This document shows positions 58,769-64,000 of a stretch of DNA of 64,000 nucleotides, piece after piece. Source of the stretch: Alphaproteobacteria bacterium (GTDB lineage Bacteria; Pseudomonadota; Alphaproteobacteria; UBA7887); NCBI GenBank assembly GCA_965216755.1, contig CBDCGL010000011.1, positions 4,192,001 to 4,256,000 on the forward strand, read 5' to 3'. Made by a program: the position numbers and the translations under genes. Under the pieces are notes generated by a model. The model saw only the letters and a program-made list of their open reading frames with translations. It did not search any database and was not told where the DNA came from. The number at the start of each line of letters is the position of its first letter. Position 1 is the first letter of the stretch.

Positions 58769-60106
58769 ATGCGCCCTAGATCAATCGCGCTCCGGTTGGT
58801 GCTGGGTGCGGCGCTGTGGATCGCGGCGGCGCTGGCCGGCGGTGGTTTCTTGATCGCGGGCCTGTTTGCCGATCATATCGATCGCAGCTTCGACGATCGC
58901 CTGGCCTTTCTGCTCAAAGGTTTGGTGGCGGCCGCCGAGATCAACGCCGCCGGCGAAGTGGTGTTGATTCGTCTGCTCGGCGAGCCGGCGTTCGAAAGGC
59001 CCTTCTCGGGCTGGTATTGGCAGATTGATGATGGCCACCGCGTTCATCTCACATCGCGGTCTTTGTGGGATCAAAGCTTGGCCACAAACGATGATGCTGG
59101 AGGACAGTGGCGCGACGATGTCAGTGGACCGCAGGGGCAACGGTTGCGTATACATGAACGCGCCATCATCTTGCCCGGCGGCGCCGGGCCGTTCCGATTC
59201 GCGGTCGCGGCCGACAACGCGATCATTGATTCCGCGCTCAAGCCGTTCGTCGACACGCTGTCATGGTCGCTGGCGGTATTGTGGATCGGTCTTATCGGCG
59301 CGGTGATGGTTCAGGTGCGCTATGGGCTTAAGCCGCTGCGACGCATCGGCCAGGCCTTGGCGGCGATCCGTACGGGACAGGCCACCCGGCTCGAAGGGCA
59401 ATTTCCGTCGGAAATCAGCCCACTCGCTGACGAACTCAATGCGCTGATCGCGCAAAATGAAGCGGTGGTCGAACGGTCGCGCACCCATGTTGGCAATTTG
59501 GCCCACGCATTGAAGACCCCGCTGACCCTGCTCAACAACGAGGCCGGCCGCGACGGCGGCAAACTTGGCGAGGTTGTGCGACGCCAAGTCGATGTCATGC
59601 GTCGTTGGGTGGACCACTATTTGGCGCGCGCGCGGGCGGCCGCGACACGCGGCGTGTTGGGCGCGCGCACGGATGTCGACGCGGTTGTCGGTGATCTGAC
59701 ACGAACATTGCGCAAACTCTACCGAGATCGCGGTCTACAATTCACCTGGGACAGTGCCGACGGTCTGGCGTTCCAGGGCGATCGGCAGGATCTCGAGGAA
59801 ATGCTCGGCAATTTGATGGACAATGCGTGCAAATGGGCGGCGACCTCGGTTCATGTTGGGGTTGCCGCGTCGGACGGCATGTTGCAGATACGAGTCGACG
59901 ATGACGGGCCGGGCATGCCCACCGACCAACGCCAGGAAGCTCTGACCAGAGGCAAGCGCCTGGATGAAACCGTGATGGGCAGTGGCTTGGGCTTGGCCAT
60001 TGTCGCCGATATCGCCGGGCTTTACGCGGGCGGATTGGATTTGCAGCAGGCGCCGGCTGGTGGCTTGCGCGCCGTGCTCACGCTACCCGTTGCGGCGGCG
60101 GGGTGA
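58769..60106 (+). CDS. Sensor histidine kinase (FeuQ/PhoQ-like)
   Basis: SGWYWQ, AHALKTPL, GNLMDNACKWA, DDDGPG, GSGLGL. Confidence 0.93.
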   Translation: MRPRSIALRLVLGAALWIAAALAGGGFLIAGLFADHIDRSFDDRLAFLLKGLVAAAEINAAGEVVLIRLLGEPAFERPFSGWYWQIDDGHRVHLTSRSLWDQSLATNDDAGGQWRDDVSGPQGQRLRIHERAIILPGGAGPFRFAVAADNAIIDSALKPFVDTLSWSLAVLWIGLIGAVMVQVRYGLKPLRRIGQALAAIRTGQATRLEGQFPSEISPLADELNALIAQNEAVVERSRTHVGNLAHALKTPLTLLNNEAGRDGGKLGEVVRRQVDVMRRWVDHYLARARAAATRGVLGARTDVDAVVGDLTRTLRKLYRDRGLQFTWDSADGLAFQGDRQDLEEMLGNLMDNACKWAATSVHVGVAASDGMLQIRVDDDGPGMPTDQRQEALTRGKRLDETVMGSGLGLAIVADIAGLYAGGLDLQQAPAGGLRAVLTLPVAAAG

Positions 60107-60115
60107 GGCGATATC

Positions 60116-61063
60116 TTGAGCGAGGTCGTTCTTGTTGTTCACGGCGGCGCCGGACGGCTCAGCAGGCGAAGGATCGCGCGTCGGAGGCGCACAGAATACC
60201 AAAACGGCCTGGCGTGCGCGCTTCGGACCGGGCAGGACGTGCTTTTGCGTGGCGGCTCGGCGGTGCGCGCGGTCGCGGCTGCGGTGACCGTGCTTGAGGA
60301 TAATTCGCGGTTCAATGCCGGCACCGGGGCGGTCCTCTGTGCCGACGGCACGATTGAACTCAGTGCATCGATTATGAACGGCCGCGACCTGAGAGTTGGT
60401 GCGATGGTTGGGATGACGCGGACGAAAAACCCGGTCCGGGCCGCGCAAGCGCTAATGCGCCATCAACACGGTTTGTTGTTCGGTACCCACGCGGATGCCT
60501 ATGCCGAATCTCAAGGTCTCGCCGCGGTGGCGGCCGAGACGCTTGTTGTTCCGTTTCGACGGCGCCAGTGGCAAAGGGCAAAAAGGCATGGCCGTCTTAG
60601 TCTGGACCATAGCGATGGCGGCAATGCCGGTGCCATGGGAACCGTTGGCGCGGTGGCGCGCGACCGACGCGGTAATTTGGCGGCCGCGACATCGACGGGC
60701 GGTTTGGTCAATCAGCTGCCGGGTCGGGTCGGAGATACGCCTGTGGTTGGCGCCGGGACCTGGGCGGCCAACGGCGTGTGTGCCGTTAGCGCGACGGGCC
60801 AGGGCGATACCTTTGCCCGAGTGAGTTTCGCACGTCGCGTCGCTGATCTTATCGAATTGGCCAAAATGCCGACGGATTTGGCGGCGCAGCGCGCGCTGGG
60901 GGATGTGAAGCAGATTGGTGGGGTGGGCGGCTGTATTATCATTGACGCCGATGGTCAAATTGCGATGCCGTTTACCACTGCGCATATGTTGCGCGGCTGG
61001 GTGAGGGGGCGGGCCGCCCCATCGGTTGCGATTCTGCCCGACGACGCGTGCACACCGAACTAG
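60116..61063 (+). CDS. iaaA: Isoaspartyl peptidase / L-asparaginase (Ntn hydrolase)
   Basis: VHGGAG, FNAG, GTVGAVA (Thr nucleophile), ATSTGG, GRVGDTP. Confidence 0.88.
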   Translation: MSEVVLVVHGGAGRLSRRRIARRRRTEYQNGLACALRTGQDVLLRGGSAVRAVAAAVTVLEDNSRFNAGTGAVLCADGTIELSASIMNGRDLRVGAMVGMTRTKNPVRAAQALMRHQHGLLFGTHADAYAESQGLAAVAAETLVVPFRRRQWQRAKRHGRLSLDHSDGGNAGAMGTVGAVARDRRGNLAAATSTGGLVNQLPGRVGDTPVVGAGTWAANGVCAVSATGQGDTFARVSFARRVADLIELAKMPTDLAAQRALGDVKQIGGVGGCIIIDADGQIAMPFTTAHMLRGWVRGRAAPSVAILPDDACTPN

Positions 61064-61080
61064 TCGGCCGATGGCGTATG

Positions 61081-61407
61081 TCAGGGGTACTCGATCGGTA
61101 GACCGTCGTTGATCCAATCCAATATACCGCCATCCAGATGAACGGCGTTCGGCCCGGCCGCGTCGATCAAAAACGGCCCGGACAGGGCTGTTCGGGTGCC
61201 GCTGCGACAATAAAAAACAACCGTCTTGCCGTTCGTCTGGGGCATCGATGCCGCGGTCACATCGGACAGTGGGACGTGGAATGCGCCGGCAATATGTCCT
61301 TGCCGCCACTCCTCGGGCTCGCGAACATCGACCAACACGGCGCGCCCTTGTTCGACCCAGTTCTTGGCTGTTCTGGCATCGATGGCTTTGATGGGGGTGC
61401 TGTTCAT
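61081..61407 (-). CDS. Single-domain rhodanese
   Basis: VDVREPEEW, GHIAGA, YCRSGTRT, LDGGI. Confidence 0.92.
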   Translation of the reverse strand: MNSTPIKAIDARTAKNWVEQGRAVLVDVREPEEWRQGHIAGAFHVPLSDVTAASMPQTNGKTVVFYCRSGTRTALSGPFLIDAAGPNAVHLDGGILDWINDGLPIEYP

Positions 61408-61730
61408 TTACGAGCCTTTCTGGATCGTGCGGCCGACGGCGCGCAGTAGGTTTGGTACAGAAAATTCATCACTTCGCGCACGTCCTTGCGGGCGATCTGG
61501 TAGTAGATCGTTTGCGCCTCACGCCGTGTTGCCACCAATCCCATCTGGCGCAACATGGCCAGCTGCTGCGACATGGCGGGTTCACGCACGCCGACTGCCG
61601 CCGCGAGTTCGCCGACCGATTGCTCGTTCTCGACAAGAAGGCACAGGATAAGCAGCCGCGTCGGGTGCGATAGCACTTTCATCAAGCCGCTCACATCCTC
61701 AGCACGTGCACGCATTTCGTTGACGACCAT
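61404..61730 (-). CDS. ArsR/SmtB regulator, BigR/SqrR-like
   Basis: LSHPTRLLILCLL, MSQQLAMLR, C-terminal YC; two-Cys pattern. Confidence 0.88.
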   Translation of the reverse strand: MVVNEMRARAEDVSGLMKVLSHPTRLLILCLLVENEQSVGELAAAVGVREPAMSQQLAMLRQMGLVATRREAQTIYYQIARKDVREVMNFLYQTYCAPSAARSRKARK

Positions 61731-61740
61731 GTTTGCATTG

Positions 61741-61758
61741 ATATGCAGATACGCATAT
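61741..61758. promoter_or_regulatory. Putative ArsR operator
   Basis: Palindrome ATATGC-N6-GCATAT between the divergent arsR-like and dioxygenase genes. Confidence 0.5.
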
Positions 61759-61814
61759 ATGTCAAGCTGCGTGATATTTCGAAGATGCCAATGTGTGTTG
61801 TATTAGGGGGTGTC

Positions 61815-62681
61815 ATGAACAGGCCGGACGTCAAAGCGTTTTTCGACAAAGCCACATTCACGGTTTCCTACATTGTCAGTGATCCGGCGACAAGAGCCGC
61901 GGCGATTGTTGATTCGGTACTTGATTACGATCCGCACTCTGGACGCACGCGCACCGACTCGGCCGACGCGATTGTTGCCGATGTGCGTGAACGCGGCCTG
62001 GATGTGCACTGGATCATGGAGACCCATGCCCATGCCGATCATTTGACAGCCGCGCAATATCTGAAGGCGGAACTTGGCGGTAAGACCGGAATCGGCGCCC
62101 ACATCAGTGCGGCCCAGGCGGGGTTGGCCAAGGTGTTCAATCTGGGTCCGGAGTTTCGTGCCGACGGTTCACAGTTTGACCATTTGTTCAATGACGACGG
62201 TTGCTTCACGATTGGGACCTTGGCCGGTCGGGTCTTGCACACGCCGGGCCACACACCGGCGTGCGTCACCTACGTTGTCGGCGATGCCGCATTTGTTGGC
62301 GATACGATTTTCATGCCCGACTATGGCACCGCGCGCTGCGACTTTCCGGGTGGCGACGCGCGGGTCCTTTATCGCTCTATCCGCAAGCTATTCGCGCTGC
62401 CGGCGGAGACCCGGCTGTTCATGTGTCATGATTACAAGGCCCCCGGCCGCGATGACTTCAGTTGGGAGACCACGGTCGCCGCCGAACGTGCCGACAATGT
62501 CCATGTACACGATGGCGTCACCGAGGATGACTTTGTCGCGACCCGCACCGCGCGCGACGCGACCCTGGACATGCCGCGCCTGATCTTGCCTGCCGTGCAA
62601 GTCAATATCCGCGCCGGTCACTTTCCGCCTCCGGAAGCGAATGGCGTCAGCTATCTTAAGATCCCGGTGAATGCCATTTGA
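61815..62681 (+). CDS. MBL-fold persulfide dioxygenase (Blh/ETHE1-like)
   Basis: ETHAHADH, HTPGHTP, GDTIFMPDYGTARCDFPGG, MCHDY. Confidence 0.9.
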   Translation: MNRPDVKAFFDKATFTVSYIVSDPATRAAAIVDSVLDYDPHSGRTRTDSADAIVADVRERGLDVHWIMETHAHADHLTAAQYLKAELGGKTGIGAHISAAQAGLAKVFNLGPEFRADGSQFDHLFNDDGCFTIGTLAGRVLHTPGHTPACVTYVVGDAAFVGDTIFMPDYGTARCDFPGGDARVLYRSIRKLFALPAETRLFMCHDYKAPGRDDFSWETTVAAERADNVHVHDGVTEDDFVATRTARDATLDMPRLILPAVQVNIRAGHFPPPEANGVSYLKIPVNAI

Positions 62682-62694
62682 CGCGCCGGTCGCG

Positions 62695-63711
62695 CTATGG
62701 GCCAACAACGCGCGCGCGCCCGAGCGTGTTCTTGTCAGTGCCGAACCAAACACTCCCCGTCCCGACGCGATAATGCATGTGGCGAATCGAGCCGGCGCCG
62801 GAGGGTACCGGTGTGATCGATATGAACTCGGCTGAACGGGTGTCGAAGCCGACAAACAGGTTCGGCGAGACGCCCGTTTCGACCACCCAAACTCGGTCGT
62901 GGTCATCGGCGGCCATACCATAGGGCAACGCGGCATCGCCGGATGGCAATTGCCATTCGGCAAATTCTTGGGCGTGCGGATCGTATAAGCCCAGATAGCC
63001 GCGATTGTAGTCGGCATACCAGACACGACCGTCGCTGGTGATGTCCAAGCGTCGCGGTCGCGCCCCGGCGGCCGGAATCTCATACTCGGTCAATGCCAAG
63101 GTATCTGGGTTCACCGCCGCCAACTTGTTGCTGCCCAAAAGAACCACCCAGGGCGTTCCATCGGGCGCGATTTTGATGCCATAGGGCCGGGCGCGGGGCG
63201 TCGGAACCGGAACAAGGTCGACGGCCGAATCGGCAATGGTCAGGCGGCCAACGAAATTGCCGCCTTGTACCGTAAACCAGATCCGTCGCTCGTCTCGGTC
63301 AAAGACCAAGGTATGCGGATCGCTGGCTTGCGGATTTGGCATGGCGATCTTGTCGATGACATCCGTCGCGGGGTCATAGCGCCCGATGTAACCCTTGCGA
63401 TTGCCCGCATACCAGACGATACCGTCGCGGCCGACGATCAAATTGTGTGGCCCCGCGGAGTCCGGCAAATCGCGTTTGAAAAACGCGCCGGTTGTTGGCG
63501 TGAAGCGGGCCAGATAGTGGCCTGCCTGGCCGACGAACCACACTTCATCTGCGCCAGCCGCAAAGGGATCGCGCGTGCGTCCACCATAGGGGACATCCCA
63601 TTCCGTGATCTCAATGGGATTGAGCGGGTCGGCCGCGCGGCTTTGCCACGCGCCGACGGGCAAGCAAAAGACGACGAGCAGGGCGATGGCAACGGCGTTT
63701 TGTGCGGACAT
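62695..63711 (-). CDS. Virginiamycin B lyase (Vgb)-family beta-propeller, exported
   Basis: Repeats GPHNL, DPHTL, RPYGI, RPRRL, LPYGM; start uncertain (63711 or 63741). Confidence 0.85.
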   Translation of the reverse strand: MSAQNAVAIALLVVFCLPVGAWQSRAADPLNPIEITEWDVPYGGRTRDPFAAGADEVWFVGQAGHYLARFTPTTGAFFKRDLPDSAGPHNLIVGRDGIVWYAGNRKGYIGRYDPATDVIDKIAMPNPQASDPHTLVFDRDERRIWFTVQGGNFVGRLTIADSAVDLVPVPTPRARPYGIKIAPDGTPWVVLLGSNKLAAVNPDTLALTEYEIPAAGARPRRLDITSDGRVWYADYNRGYLGLYDPHAQEFAEWQLPSGDAALPYGMAADDHDRVWVVETGVSPNLFVGFDTRSAEFISITPVPSGAGSIRHMHYRVGTGSVWFGTDKNTLGRARVVGP

Positions 63712-63767
63712 GTGGGTACCATGAGTCTCGTGGACGGCCATGTTACCACGCCGACGTGCCCACGCGG

Positions 63768-64000
63768 TCACGTCGCGCGGGGATTGTCGCGACTGGCGTT
63801 GTTCACATGTTGCCGAAGGTCTGCGAACAGCGCTGCATCCGTGACCACGCGCGGCACCTTGTGTTGGCCGCCAAGCTGACCGCGCTTGCGCATCCATTCG
63901 GCGAATCCGCCCGGGGGCAGGCAGACGACGGACGGCGGCGCCAGCCCGGATTCGGCCATGCGGTGCACTTCATAGTCTTCGTTGGTGGCGCACAGGCTTC
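63768..64000 (-). CDS. GH3 (auxin-responsive promoter) family protein, C-terminal part
   Basis: NEDYEVHR...FAEWMRKRGQLGGQHKVPRV; continues beyond the window end. Confidence 0.8.
   Translation of the reverse strand, partial: SLCATNEDYEVHRMAESGLAPPSVVCLPPGGFAEWMRKRGQLGGQHKVPRVVTDAALFADLRQHVNNASRDNPRAT

Noticed and set aside
62695-63711. Streptogramin resistance gene
   Set aside because: Vgb-like propellers are widespread; this one is exported with no mobile context, so resistance is unsupported.

Overview
A GC-rich, densely coding chromosomal window, most likely from an alphaproteobacterium (suhB/MmgR-like sRNA, RT0821-type surface proteins, FeuPQ-like two-component system). No transposase, prophage, rRNA, tRNA or CRISPR is evident. 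Main blocks: (1) 1-8 kb mixed housekeeping/envelope genes; (2) 8.4-24.3 kb an uncharacterised carboxylate/sugar-acid catabolic region (TctABC transporter, two sugar-phosphate isomerases, enolase-like, DUF993, Gfo/Idh/MocA, DHDPS-like, GNAT, two tandem epimerases, MetE-like, fused E1 alpha/beta); (3) 24.6-35 kb a periplasmic quinoprotein system: a divergent PQQ dehydrogenase with the lanthanide-type DYD motif, two c-type cytochromes, Sel1 proteins, an orphan solute-binding protein, a SoxYZ-like carrier, a SoxH-like metallohydrolase and an unusual three-gene MotA/ExbB motor module; (4) TetR-MMPL-LolA-like operon and a 49-bp palindromic tandem repeat; (5) a polysaccharide export module in which a degenerate tyrosine-kinase-like domain is fused to an HNH nuclease domain; (6) the ligase/exonuclease/Lhr-core/PdeM DNA repair cluster; (7) PepSY/two-component locus, BigR-type sulfur module, Vgb-like lyase and a partial GH3 gene. 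Several structured non-coding elements are visible, including a 39-bp hairpin with eight G-U wobbles. All calls come from motif reading by eye; no database searches were run.
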